This document shows positions 8,954-19,189 of a DNA stretch of 64,000 nt, one piece after another. The translations under genes and the position numbers were made by a program. The DNA comes from Dehalococcoidia bacterium (GTDB taxonomy: Bacteria > Chloroflexota > Dehalococcoidia > Plut-88900): contig OZ240219.1 in assembly GCA_965197645.1 (NCBI GenBank), positions 2,432,001 to 2,496,000 of the forward strand, read 5' to 3'. The number at the start of each line of letters is the position of its first letter. The stretch's first letter is position 1. Below the pieces are notes generated by a model that searched no databases, had not been told where the DNA came from, and was given only the letters and a program-made list of their open reading frames with translations.

Positions 8954-11900
8954 CTAGGTCACGTAACCGTTCTTGCGGTCCCAGTCCCTTTCGGATTGAG
9001 GCCGGCCCTCAGGATCGCCGAAACCACCCCCGCCGGCCGACAGGGTGAATATCCGGTCGCCGGGCCGTACCGGCACCCCCAGCTCCTTGGACCACAACAT
9101 CCGTTCCACTCCTTCCGATTCAATTCGGTACTCGTGGGCCTTGCCCGGTTCACCTTCGAACAGCCCGTAAGGCGGGTTCACGATACCGTCGCCGGCCGTG
9201 TTGAGCCTGGCACCATCGGTCCCTTCGTAGATCATCTCGAACGCGGTGCCGAGACCACCCCTCCACCTACCATCCCCCGCGGAGTCCGGGCGCAGCTGGT
9301 AGTACTTGATGAAGAAGGGGAACCGCTCCTCGGTGACCTCGACGCTGGGGCTGCGCAGGCCCCCGGCCACGTTTATCTCACCCACGTTTGACCAGCCGTC
9401 GTTGCCTTGGGACGCACCGCCGCCGCCCCGGCCATGGAAGAAGTGCCAGATGAATCCCCGGTCGGAACGGGGGTCTACGCCCGTGATCGCGAACCTCAGC
9501 CTCCGTGAGAACCCCGACGATATGGCGTCCGGCACGGCGGGGGCCAGCGCCTTGAACACCGCCTCGATGATCTCCTCGCCGCAGTGGTTGGTGCTCATGG
9601 TTACCGGCGCGGGCGGGTGCGGGTTCACGATCAGCCCCTTGGGAGCGATGATTGTTATGGGACGCATCGAACCGTCGTTTTTCGCCACGTCAAAGGAGGC
9701 CATGTACATGATCGCCACGTGGGCCAGGGACCGGGTGTTGGGAAAGCCGCTGTTGATGAACCCGGTGACCTGGGGGCTCGACTCGCTCAGGTCGATGGTC
9801 ATCGAGTCACCCTCGATGGTAACGGTAGCTCGAATCGGCACCATCTTGCTGTCGAACCCGTCGTCGTCCAGGAAAGACTCGCCCTTGTAGACGCCGTCTG
9901 GCCAGGACGAGATCATCGCCCGCACCTGGATCTCGGTAGCGGACAGGATGCTATCGATGGTGCGGGTCAGGCTATCGGCGCCGTGGCGCTCCAGGATGGC
10001 GCTGATGCGCCGGGCGGCCATGTTCACCGAACCGATCTGGGCGTTCAGGTCTCCCAGGAAGTTCTCCGAATGGCGCACGTTGGCCGCCAGCATCCGGAAC
10101 AGGTCTCGTCGGGGCACACCCTTGTCGTGGAGTTTCAGCGGCGGCAGGCGCAACCCTTCGTGGTATATCTCGCTGGCGCCCGGGTTGTAGCCTCCCCACG
10201 TCGCTCCCCCTACGTCGCTGTGATGAGCCCGGTTCACCGTGAAGAACATCAGCCTGCCTTCGTGGAAGACGGGGTTGATTACCGTGATGTCGGGCAGATG
10301 GCTGCCCCCGTAGTAGGGGTCGTTCAAGGTGTAGAGATCGCCTTCGCATATCTCGTCGCCGAAGTAGTCCACCACCGCCTGCCCGGCCAGGGACAGAGCG
10401 CTGACGTGGACCGGTATCCCCTCGCCCTGGGCGACGAGCTGGCACTTGGCATCGAGAATACAGGTCGAGAAGTCCCGGCTGGAGTTGAGTATCTGGGACA
10501 TCGAAGTCCGGAGCATTATCTCCATCATCTCCAACGCCACCGATTCCAACCGGTTCTGGACCACGGCCAGGGTGATCGGATCGCTCTCCTCCTTCCGCTG
10601 CTCGGTGGCCGCTTCCTCGGCGACCCTTAGCTCCATACCCCCGAACCGGTCTCCTCGAACCGCGTCTCCCTCCTCGATCAGCACGGTGGTGAAGTCCGAT
10701 TCCAATACTGCAGGGCCCTGGATATCCGAGTCCGGCGACAGCGCCCCCCAACCGTAGACCGGCACATCCTGCCACTTACCCAGGTACATTTGCCGGTAGC
10801 CTTTGCACGCCTTTCCTGATTCCATTGCCGCGTTCGGCTCCGCCGGCGGCGTTTTTTCCAGCCTCCCCAACACCGAGACCCGGAGAGTGATCAGCCTGAT
10901 CTCCTGCTCCGACTGGTGATAGGAATAGAGCTCCTGGTACCGGTTGTGGAAGTTCTCGGCCCAATTGGATAGCAGCGTGGCGTCCGGCTCGGACAGGTCC
11001 GGCAACGGAATAGTAACCTCGTAGACCTGGTCCAGGTACCGCATGTCCGCCGAGTACCGAACGTCGATCCGGTCCTCGGGTACGTTCTGGGCCCGCAGCT
11101 TCTCTCGGCCCTCGGCTTCCAGCTCCTTCAATATCGATTTGGCTTGCCCCAGGTCGATCCTGTCCAAGCTGACAGGATGGGACCGGGAGAAGTCGTAGCG
11201 GAGGTCGGTGGACAACATGCCGTAGGCCGAAAGGACCGGCGCGGCCGAGGGTAAGTAGACCTTGTTTATCTTCAGCTCTCGGGCCACCCGGCTTACGTGG
11301 ATCCCCGCTGCCCCACCGAAGGCCAGCAATGCGAAGTCTCTGGGGTCTGTACCTCGTCGAACGGATTGCAGCCGGATGCCCTCGGCCATGTTGGTCGAGA
11401 CCACCTTGTGAACGCCGTGGGCGGCCTCGACAGTCGATAGGGATAGGGGACTGGAGAGATGCCGGTCTATAGCGTCTTCCGCCAGCCCCTTGTGCAGCTT
11501 CGCCTTGCCACCGAGGAAGTTGTCCGCATCCAGGTAGCCCAGCACCAGGTTGGCATCGGTGACGGTGGGTTGGTCGCCCCCTCGGTCATAGCAGGCGGGA
11601 CCCGGATCGGCCCCGGCGCTCTCCGGCCCGACGCGCAGGATTCCGCCCGAGTCCATCCTCGCCACGCTGCCTCCCCCGGCGCCCAACGTATGTATGTCGA
11701 TCATCGGAACGGCTATCTTCCACCCGCCTTCGAACTTCTCGCCCGTTACGTGGGGCGCCCCGTCCTCTATCAGGGAGATATCGGTGCTGGTGCCTCCCAT
11801 ATCGAACCCTATGATCTTCGACTCACCGATCAATTGAGCATAGTAGGTCGCGCCGCTCACACCGCCGGCCGGCCCCGATAGAATCGAGCGAACCGCCTGC

Positions 11901-12667
11901 TTCTGCGAGTCCTCGATGGCCGCCACCCCGCCGTTGGACTGCATTACCAGTATGTCCTGGGCTTTTCTCAGCTGGACCAGACGCTTTTGCAGGCGCATCA
12001 GGTACTCGCCGAACCGGGGTCCGACGTAAGAGTTGACCACCGTGGTGCTGAGCCGGTCGAACTCCTTGATCTGGGGCAGTATCTCGTGGGATAGGGAGGT
12101 GTACAGATTGGGAAACCGCTGCTTGATCCGATCGGCTACGGCCTGTTCATGGTCGGGGTTCAGGTAGGAAAAGAGAAAGCAGACCGCCAGCGCTTCGACT
12201 TGGTCGGCCTCAAGCCGGTCCAACGCTTGGTCCAGCGCCTCCATATCCAGCTCCGTCGATACTTCGCCGTTGGAGCGCACCCGTTCCGGAACATCCATAC
12301 GGAGGTACCGAGGCACCAATGGCTCCACCTGCTTCATCCGAAGGTTGTACCGGTCCTCCTTCATCCCCTCCCGCATCTCCAGCAGGTCCCGGAAGCCCTG
12401 GGTGGTGAGCAGGCCGACCTTGGCCCCCTTGCGCTCTATCAGGGTGTTCGTCGCTACGGTGGTACCGTGGATGATCAGATCGGTCTCCTCCAGCAAGGTT
12501 TCGAGCGGGAGATCTTGGGCCGCGGCCACGTCCTGCAGGCCGGTCAGGACACCCTCCGACGGGTCGTGCGGTGTGGAGGGAGTCTTGAAGTGTCTCGGAC
12601 CTTCCCCGTTCTTCGCCACCACGAAGTCCGTAAACGTCCCGCCTACGTCGATGCCGATCTTGAACAT
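8954..12667 (-). CDS. fused hydantoinase A/B (5-oxoprolinase-like ATP-dependent amidohydrolase)
   Basis: IGIDVGGTFTD, HGTTVATN, SGPAGG and DMGGTSTD (A half); NDPYYGGSHLPD, HHSDVGG and AGGGGFGDP (B half); ATG 12667 after AAAGGAG. Confidence 0.92.
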   Translation of the reverse strand: MFKIGIDVGGTFTDFVVAKNGEGPRHFKTPSTPHDPSEGVLTGLQDVAAAQDLPLETLLEETDLIIHGTTVATNTLIERKGAKVGLLTTQGFRDLLEMREGMKEDRYNLRMKQVEPLVPRYLRMDVPERVRSNGEVSTELDMEALDQALDRLEADQVEALAVCFLFSYLNPDHEQAVADRIKQRFPNLYTSLSHEILPQIKEFDRLSTTVVNSYVGPRFGEYLMRLQKRLVQLRKAQDILVMQSNGGVAAIEDSQKQAVRSILSGPAGGVSGATYYAQLIGESKIIGFDMGGTSTDISLIEDGAPHVTGEKFEGGWKIAVPMIDIHTLGAGGGSVARMDSGGILRVGPESAGADPGPACYDRGGDQPTVTDANLVLGYLDADNFLGGKAKLHKGLAEDAIDRHLSSPLSLSTVEAAHGVHKVVSTNMAEGIRLQSVRRGTDPRDFALLAFGGAAGIHVSRVARELKINKVYLPSAAPVLSAYGMLSTDLRYDFSRSHPVSLDRIDLGQAKSILKELEAEGREKLRAQNVPEDRIDVRYSADMRYLDQVYEVTIPLPDLSEPDATLLSNWAENFHNRYQELYSYHQSEQEIRLITLRVSVLGRLEKTPPAEPNAAMESGKACKGYRQMYLGKWQDVPVYGWGALSPDSDIQGPAVLESDFTTVLIEEGDAVRGDRFGGMELRVAEEAATEQRKEESDPITLAVVQNRLESVALEMMEIMLRTSMSQILNSSRDFSTCILDAKCQLVAQGEGIPVHVSALSLAGQAVVDYFGDEICEGDLYTLNDPYYGGSHLPDITVINPVFHEGRLMFFTVNRAHHSDVGGATWGGYNPGASEIYHEGLRLPPLKLHDKGVPRRDLFRMLAANVRHSENFLGDLNAQIGSVNMAARRISAILERHGADSLTRTIDSILSATEIQVRAMISSWPDGVYKGESFLDDDGFDSKMVPIRATVTIEGDSMTIDLSESSPQVTGFINSGFPNTRSLAHVAIMYMASFDVAKNDGSMRPITIIAPKGLIVNPHPPAPVTMSTNHCGEEIIEAVFKALAPAVPDAISSGFSRRLRFAITGVDPRSDRGFIWHFFHGRGGGGASQGNDGWSNVGEINVAGGLRSPSVEVTEERFPFFIKYYQLRPDSAGDGRWRGGLGTAFEMIYEGTDGARLNTAGDGIVNPPYGLFEGEPGKAHEYRIESEGVERMLWSKELGVPVRPGDRIFTLSAGGGGFGDPEGRPQSERDWDRKNGYVT

Positions 12668-12722
12668 GGGCGCTCCTTTGTCGTGAGCCTGCCAACCTTT
12701 ACACAAGTCAAGTGAAATTAGG

Positions 12723-13799
12723 CTACGCCGGCGGCACGAGCTCCAGCTGAAACGAGGTCTGGAAGTTGGTCACGCCGGCCCCGAACAGCCGGAACTTTCG
12801 CCTGGGCGATAGCTCTCGCTCGGTCAGCTCCCATACCGTGCGAAAGATAGTCTTCTCGTCATCGGTAGGTATGGCGAGGGTGGTCTGCCGGGTGAAGGTG
12901 GTGAAATCGGCCAGGCGCAGCTTGATGAATACCGTCTTCCCCTTCAATCCCTCCACCTGCAGCCGCTTCCCCACCGATCTGCACCGGTCCGTCATCTCCT
13001 CCCTGATCAACGACGGGTCTCCGATGTCCTCCGCCGTCGTCCCCTCGGCGCTGACCGACTTGGTCTCATGGTCCGTGGTAACCGGACTGTCGTCGATGCC
13101 GTATGCCCGCTCCTTCAGCTCCGGCCCCCGTTTGCCGAAGGTCCTTTGCAGCCATCCGGCATCCACGTTGGCCAGGTCTCCTATTGTCTTGATATCGTGC
13201 TCTTTCAGGACCGCTCCGGACTTGGGACCGATCCCCCATAGCATCTCTACGTCCAGCGGGGCCAGAAACTCGGACTCCTCGCCCGGCTTCACCAGACGTA
13301 TTCCGTCCGGTTTGGCAACCTGAGAAGCGATCTTAGCCACCACCTTGGAGGTCCCGCCCCCAACGGTAATCGTCAGACCCGTCTGCCGCCACACGGTCCC
13401 CTTGAGCTGCTCCGCCACGCCGTCCACCGTTTCGGGCCGGGCTTGTTCGCTCACGTCCAGGAACGCCTCGTCCATCGAGATCGGCTCCACAAGGGGGGTC
13501 AGGTCATGGAAAACACCCATCACCTCTTCGGACTTCTGATGGTACCGATCGAAACGGGGCGGTATCTGGACCAGCTCCGGACACATCCGGAAGGCCGTGC
13601 GCATTGGCATGGCCGATTTCACACCGAACTGCCGTGCTTCGTAGGAGGCGGATGCTACCACTCCACGGCCGGATACCGATCCCCCTACCGCCACCGGTTT
13701 CGCCTCCAGCCCAGGATCGTCCAGCCGTTCCACCGAGGCGTAGAACGCGTCCAGGTCGGCGTGAAAGATGTAGAGATAAACGGGACGCTCCGACATCAC
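12723..13799 (-). CDS. dinB: DNA polymerase IV
   Basis: HADLDAFYASVE, SYEARQFGV, SMDEAFLD, AKIASQVAKPDG and LWGIGPK. Confidence 0.95.
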   Translation of the reverse strand: MMSERPVYLYIFHADLDAFYASVERLDDPGLEAKPVAVGGSVSGRGVVASASYEARQFGVKSAMPMRTAFRMCPELVQIPPRFDRYHQKSEEVMGVFHDLTPLVEPISMDEAFLDVSEQARPETVDGVAEQLKGTVWRQTGLTITVGGGTSKVVAKIASQVAKPDGIRLVKPGEESEFLAPLDVEMLWGIGPKSGAVLKEHDIKTIGDLANVDAGWLQRTFGKRGPELKERAYGIDDSPVTTDHETKSVSAEGTTAEDIGDPSLIREEMTDRCRSVGKRLQVEGLKGKTVFIKLRLADFTTFTRQTTLAIPTDDEKTIFRTVWELTERELSPRRKFRLFGAGVTNFQTSFQLELVPPA

Positions 13800-13834
13800 A
13801 CCGCGATCAGGCCAGAATGATGCAACCGGCGGGC

Positions 13835-14974
13835 CTAGTTGAAGTTGGGGATCACCTTCTCCGCAAAGAGCTCCAGACTACGCCTGACCTTCTTGAAGGG
13901 TATGCCGGGGAAGTTGAGGAACAGGGCCAGGTGGTTGCAGCCTGTCTCCGCCCTCAGCCTCTCGATCTGCTCCGTCACGTACTCCGGAGAGCCGACCAGC
14001 ACCATGTCGTGGCTGTACTGGAAATCGAAGATATCCATGGAGGGGTCGTCGTTGGCCAACTCCTCCTCGGTGAGGATGGCCTGGCGCATCTTGGCGGGGT
14101 TGCCGCCCTGCCACCTGGACAGCTGGTTGGCGCCCCAGCGGGCGTACTCTATCGCCTCCTCGGTGGTGTCTGCCACGAAGGCCGGCCTCATTACGCTGAC
14201 GCCCTCGCCATAGGGAAACTCTTTGCCCTCCTTGGCTGACCGGGCTTCCTGGTAGGCCAGCCATGACTCGGTGAGTTTGCCGTGGGAGGGAGAGAAGCCC
14301 ATCGCGTTGATGCCTTTGGATCCAGCGAAGGCGTGAGACCGCACCGAGTCGGCCATCTGATAGATAGGCGGATGAGGTTTCTGCACAGGCCGGGGCTCGA
14401 CCCCCAGCCCGATCAGCTCCCCCTCCTCGTTGTGGTACCTTCGATCTGCTCGGCTCAAATCGCTGGCTTCGAAGTAGCCCGGCTCCGGGAATGTGAAGAA
14501 CTCGCCCTTGTGTACCAGGGCATCCTCGGTCCAGGCCCTCATCACGATATCCAGTGTCTCGGCGAATAGGGCGTAGTTGCGCTCCTTCTCTTTCCTATCC
14601 GCGTCTCGGTTGAACTGGACCGAAGACCGGCTGGGGATTCCTCTGCCTATCCCGAACTCGGCCCTACCCTTGGAGATCTGGTCCAGCATCGCCAGGTCCT
14701 CGGCCAACCGGATCGGATGCCAGTCCGGAATAATCGTGCCGCACTGGCCTAGGCGAAGCTTGGTAGTGTGCGCCGCCATGTCGGCGCCCAGCAGTATCGG
14801 GTTGGGGGCGGCCCGGTACCAGCCGTCCCAGTGGAAGTGGTGCTCCGCTAGCCAGACTGCTCCAAAGCCACCTTCTTCCAGGAGCTTCACCGTTTCGCGA
14901 TACTCGTCTATCAGGGTCTCCCATTGGTAGCTGGCATCGCCTACGTGGTAGTAAAGGGTGCTGTCAAATCGCAT
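13835..14974 (-). CDS. LLM-class (luciferase-like) flavin-dependent oxidoreductase
   Basis: VWLAEHHF, WHPIRLAEDLAMLDQISKGR, PRPVQKPHPPI and LELFAEKVIP. Confidence 0.9.
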   Translation of the reverse strand: MRFDSTLYYHVGDASYQWETLIDEYRETVKLLEEGGFGAVWLAEHHFHWDGWYRAAPNPILLGADMAAHTTKLRLGQCGTIIPDWHPIRLAEDLAMLDQISKGRAEFGIGRGIPSRSSVQFNRDADRKEKERNYALFAETLDIVMRAWTEDALVHKGEFFTFPEPGYFEASDLSRADRRYHNEEGELIGLGVEPRPVQKPHPPIYQMADSVRSHAFAGSKGINAMGFSPSHGKLTESWLAYQEARSAKEGKEFPYGEGVSVMRPAFVADTTEEAIEYARWGANQLSRWQGGNPAKMRQAILTEEELANDDPSMDIFDFQYSHDMVLVGSPEYVTEQIERLRAETGCNHLALFLNFPGIPFKKVRRSLELFAEKVIPNFN

Positions 14975-15089
14975 TTGTCACTCCCCGTCGATGTCTGTGA
15001 GTCCCTATCATAAGTTATCTTCTTCCATCGACTCAAATCACCGGGTCGAGGGTAATTGTACACTCATTGAAACAATTAGTCAGCAGAGT

Positions 15090-15118
15090 TTGACATGCGG
15101 TAGGACTGAATACATACT
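15090..15118 (+). promoter_or_regulatory. sigma70-type promoter of the coxS-coxL cluster
   Basis: TTGACA-N17-CATACT, overlapped by the inverted repeat GCGGTAG-N13-CTACCGC. Confidence 0.6.
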
Positions 15119-15137
15119 ACCGCCCAGGAGAGGACAT

Positions 15138-15620
15138 ATGGCAGATCGAAGCGCTATCGGGATGAAGGTCAACGGGCGGAATTATGAGGGTTACGTAGAG
15201 CCCCGCCTAACGCTGGCCGACTTTCTCCGGGCCGAGCTGGGTTTCACCGGCGTACACCTGGGCTGCGAACACGGCGTCTGTGGCGCCTGCACCATCATCT
15301 TCAACGGCGAGGCAGTCAGAAGCTGTCTTATGCTGGCGGTCCAGGGAGACGGCGCCGAGATCGAAACCGTCGAGGGGTTGGCCACCGGCGGTCAGCTTCA
15401 TCCGATCCAGGAGGCCTTCTGGGAGAACCACGGGCTCCAGTGTGGGTTCTGCACTCCCGGATTTCTGATGACCACTTACGCCTTTTTGCAGGAGAACCCG
15501 AACCCGACCGATGATGAGATTCGCGAGGCCCTGTCCGGCAACCTGTGCCGGTGCACCGGCTATCACAGCATCGTGGCCTCGGTGCGCACCGCAGTCGAGA
15601 AACTGAACGCCCGAAGCTAA
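15138..15620 (+). CDS. (2Fe-2S)-binding small subunit, CoxS/XdhC-like
   Basis: GCEHGVCGACT..C, QCGFCTPG and NLCRCTGY; ATG 15138 after AGGAGAGG. Confidence 0.93.
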   Translation: MADRSAIGMKVNGRNYEGYVEPRLTLADFLRAELGFTGVHLGCEHGVCGACTIIFNGEAVRSCLMLAVQGDGAEIETVEGLATGGQLHPIQEAFWENHGLQCGFCTPGFLMTTYAFLQENPNPTDDEIREALSGNLCRCTGYHSIVASVRTAVEKLNARS

Positions 15621-15630
15621 AGGAACCGGG

Positions 15631-18012
15631 ATGATTGAGTCCACGGCCGCCAGGAACGTCGGGGCGCGGATCAAGCCGGTAGAGGACCGGAAGCTGATAT
15701 CCGGCCGCGGCAGCTACCTGGACGATATCCAACTCCCAGCCATGGGCCATGCCGCATTCGCCCGGAGCCCCCACGCCCACGCACGGGTCAAGGGCATAGA
15801 CGTCTCTCAGGCCCTGGAGCTCCCTGGCGTACTGGCCGTCAGGACCGGCCCCGAGCTCAACTCCGCCGTGCCCCCTCTGCGTTTGGGCGCCGATTTCCCT
15901 CACGTCGTTCCCGTTGACATAACACCCCTGGCTTCGGACAGGGTGAGATACGTAGGGGAAGCCGTCGCCATCGTCGTGGCTACCGACCGATACGTGGCGG
16001 AGGACGCCGTCGACCTCATCAAAGTGGACTACGAGCCGCTGCCTCCAGTCCTCGACCCCATCGCAGGAGCGCAAGGGGCGGGAACGCCTCTCTACGACGG
16101 TATGGACAGCAACATCGTTGCCCGTAAGCAAGGCTGGGTGGGAGATACGGAATCAGCGTTGCGCCAGGCCCATCTGGTGGTCAAAGATACCTTCCGGCAG
16201 CAGCGGTACACCCACATACCCATGGAGTGCCGGGGCATCCTGGCCGATTGGAACCCCGGCTCCGAGAGCCTGACCCTGCGGGGCTCCTTCCAGATGGCTC
16301 ACGCGCTCCGAGCCCTGTTCGCCGAGGCCCTTGGACTGGCCGAAAACAAGGTGCGCATCGTCGTGCCCGATGTTGGCGGCGCCTTCGGACAGAAGAGCCA
16401 GGTCTACGGTATCGACTTGGCCGTTTGCCTTGCATCCATGGAGCTGGGGATTCCCGTGAAGTGGACCGAGGACAGGCAGGAGAATCTCCTCGCCTCTGGC
16501 CACGCTAGGGAGCACATCATCGAGCTGGAGGTGGCAGTGGAGAGTGATGGGACGATACTGGGAGTCCGCGCCCACCTCATCGATGACATCGGCGCAAGCC
16601 CCTTGCATCCCTGGCCTGCAGATTCCTGGGTCTCTCACGCCGTAAGCCACCTGCCCAATCACTACAAATTCCCAGCATACAGCTGGGAGACGGTGACCGT
16701 TTTGACCAACAAGTCCCCCGAAGCGCCCTACCGAGGGCCGGGCTCCGCCGCTTCGTCCTGGGCCATGGAAGGCACAATAGACATCATCGCCCGAGAGCTG
16801 GGCCTCGATCCGGTGGAGATCAGGATGAGGAACATGGTCCTGGCCCAGGACCAGCCCTACGTGTCACCGGGAGGAAACCTGCTGGAGAACCTCTCATCGG
16901 TGGAGACCTTCGAGCAGGCCCTTGAGATGGTGGGCTACCCCAACCTTCTCCGGGAGCAGCAGGAGGCCCGCAAGAAGGGACGTTACTTGGGGATCGGCAT
17001 CGGCAGCTTCTCCAGCGGCGCCGCCGCGGATGAGGCGATGAACCCCGTCAATTTGGGCCTCAAAGGCTCCGGCCAGGAGGTGGCGACGGTCCGGATGCTG
17101 CCGACGGGCAGGGTCCAGGCATTCACTTCCGTATCTCCCCATGGCCAGGGACTGGAGACCACCCTCGCTCAGATCCTGTCCGACGAGCTGGGCGTCCCTA
17201 TGGATACCGTCGAGATACTCCACGGCGATAGCGACATGCCCGCCGAGGGCGGCGGCACCTGGGGAGACCGCAGCGCTATCCTGGGCGGCGGCGCTATCAT
17301 AGTGGCGTCACGAGACCTGAAGGGCAAGCTGGTCCGGGCGGCCTCCCGGATGCTGGAAGCACGAGAGCAGGACCTGGATCTTCGAGACGGCTACATAGTT
17401 TCGACCAATGGGCCACAGGAGAAACTACCCGTCGCCGACCTTGCCAGCGCCATCTTTCAGGGCACGGGAATCTTCTCCCAGGACATGGTCGAGGGGACGC
17501 TGACCAGCACCCGGCGGTACGAGTACCCCAAGCGGGGTGGCGCCTCCAACGGCGCCCACGTGGCGGTGGTGGAGGTCGATGGGGAGACCGGTGCGATAGA
17601 GATAGTGCGTTACGTCGGCGTTGAAGACGTCGGTCAGGCCATCAATCCCATCGTAGTAGAGGGTCAGATCAGGGGCTGCGTCGCGCAGGGCCTGGGTGGA
17701 GTCCTCCTCGAAGAGCTCACCTACGACGGTTCGGGCCAGCTCCTGACCACCACCTTTATGGACTATCTCATACCCGAAGCTACGGACCTGCCCGATATAG
17801 AAATACAGCTCTATCACAACCCCACTCCCGACACCCTTGGCGGCTTCAAATCGGCGGGCGAGGGAGGAATATGTGGCGCCATATGCGCCCTGTCCAACGC
17901 CGTCGCCGACGCACTCTCGCCCTTCGGCGTCCGCATAAACGAGCTCCCCCTCAAGCCCCACCGCATCCTGGAGCTAATGGGGAAAGTCCCCAAGACCTCC
18001 CATGAGAGTTGA
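15631..18012 (+). CDS. xanthine dehydrogenase family molybdopterin-binding large subunit (CoxL-like)
   Basis: RSPHAHA, PDVGGAFGQK, APYRGPG, PHGQG, INPIVVEGQIRG and KSAGEGG. Confidence 0.92.
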   Translation: MIESTAARNVGARIKPVEDRKLISGRGSYLDDIQLPAMGHAAFARSPHAHARVKGIDVSQALELPGVLAVRTGPELNSAVPPLRLGADFPHVVPVDITPLASDRVRYVGEAVAIVVATDRYVAEDAVDLIKVDYEPLPPVLDPIAGAQGAGTPLYDGMDSNIVARKQGWVGDTESALRQAHLVVKDTFRQQRYTHIPMECRGILADWNPGSESLTLRGSFQMAHALRALFAEALGLAENKVRIVVPDVGGAFGQKSQVYGIDLAVCLASMELGIPVKWTEDRQENLLASGHAREHIIELEVAVESDGTILGVRAHLIDDIGASPLHPWPADSWVSHAVSHLPNHYKFPAYSWETVTVLTNKSPEAPYRGPGSAASSWAMEGTIDIIARELGLDPVEIRMRNMVLAQDQPYVSPGGNLLENLSSVETFEQALEMVGYPNLLREQQEARKKGRYLGIGIGSFSSGAAADEAMNPVNLGLKGSGQEVATVRMLPTGRVQAFTSVSPHGQGLETTLAQILSDELGVPMDTVEILHGDSDMPAEGGGTWGDRSAILGGGAIIVASRDLKGKLVRAASRMLEAREQDLDLRDGYIVSTNGPQEKLPVADLASAIFQGTGIFSQDMVEGTLTSTRRYEYPKRGGASNGAHVAVVEVDGETGAIEIVRYVGVEDVGQAINPIVVEGQIRGCVAQGLGGVLLEELTYDGSGQLLTTTFMDYLIPEATDLPDIEIQLYHNPTPDTLGGFKSAGEGGICGAICALSNAVADALSPFGVRINELPLKPHRILELMGKVPKTSHES

Positions 18013-18063
18013 GGGGGCTATGGAATGGGCCCCTCCCGGACCGGTGTTTGAAAGGCGGCTGCC

Positions 18064-19143
18064 ATGAAGTTCGGAGCGATAGTCGCAACCAAGATCGACG
18101 ACTGGCAGCTCCTCCGCCATGCCGAGGACCTGGGCTATGATCACGGCTGGGTGCCCGACTCCCAGATGATATGGTCAGACTGCTACGCCACCCTGGCCCT
18201 CGCCGCCGAGCACACCTCCCGGATCAAGCTGGGTACCGGCGTATCCATAGCTCCCACCCGCATCGCGCCGGTGACCGCTCACTCCATTGCCTCCATTAAT
18301 CGCATTGCCCCGGGGAGGGTGTTTCTCGGCATCGGCACCGGCTACACGGCCATGAACGTCATGGGCATGAAGCCCATGTCCGGTCGAGACTTCGGCGAAT
18401 ACGTCCGGGTGGTGCGGGCACTTCTCCACGGCGAAGAGGTGGAGTACACCCTTGGCGAGGAGACGCGAGATATCCGGTTCTTGCATACAGACCTCGGATT
18501 CCTGGACCTCGAACACACCGTTCCCATCTACGTCGCCGCCGATGGGCCGCTGGCACTCGCTGCCGCCGGCGCTTACGGAGACGGCCGTATCTCCTCCGGC
18601 GAGTCCAACCAGCGGCTGGAACGCAGCCTTGCCATCATCCAGGAAGGGGCGCAGACCGCCGGACGGGACCTTCCCGAAGACTTTCACACCGCCGAGCTCA
18701 CCTTCGCTTGCGTCCTGGAGCCCGGAGAGGACCTCACCTCCGATCGGGTGATAGACGAGGTCGGGTCCCAGGTCGCCATGTACCTCCACGGCTGCTACGA
18801 GGTGTATATGAAGCGGGGCAACGATGAGTTCGTTCGCCCCGAGGCCATGGACGACTGGAGGGCCTATCGAGACTACGTCGAGCATACCAACGTGGAAAGG
18901 CACAAAATACACCAGCGACTCCACGAGGGACACTGCACCTACCTGGTGCCGGAGGAGCGGAGATTCATCACGCCCAACACAATCCGCGCCGCCAGGGGCC
19001 TGGTAGGTGAGCCCGACGAGATCATCGAGATGCTGCGAGAAAAAGAGAAGCACGGTCTGAAGGAGGTCACCCTGCTCCCTCCCATGGAGCACGCTCGAGA
19101 CAACTTCTCCTCCTTCGCAAAGCACGTCATGGCCCGCTACTGA
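18064..19143 (+). CDS. LLM-class flavin/F420-dependent oxidoreductase
   Basis: LGYDHGWVPDSQ, TSRIKLGTGV, APGRVFLGIGTG and PIYVAA motifs. Confidence 0.88.
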   Translation: MKFGAIVATKIDDWQLLRHAEDLGYDHGWVPDSQMIWSDCYATLALAAEHTSRIKLGTGVSIAPTRIAPVTAHSIASINRIAPGRVFLGIGTGYTAMNVMGMKPMSGRDFGEYVRVVRALLHGEEVEYTLGEETRDIRFLHTDLGFLDLEHTVPIYVAADGPLALAAAGAYGDGRISSGESNQRLERSLAIIQEGAQTAGRDLPEDFHTAELTFACVLEPGEDLTSDRVIDEVGSQVAMYLHGCYEVYMKRGNDEFVRPEAMDDWRAYRDYVEHTNVERHKIHQRLHEGHCTYLVPEERRFITPNTIRAARGLVGEPDEIIEMLREKEKHGLKEVTLLPPMEHARDNFSSFAKHVMARY

Positions 19144-19189
19144 CCGGCCGGCAACTATATGCTCACCGAATCACCTAGAGGAAAACAGT

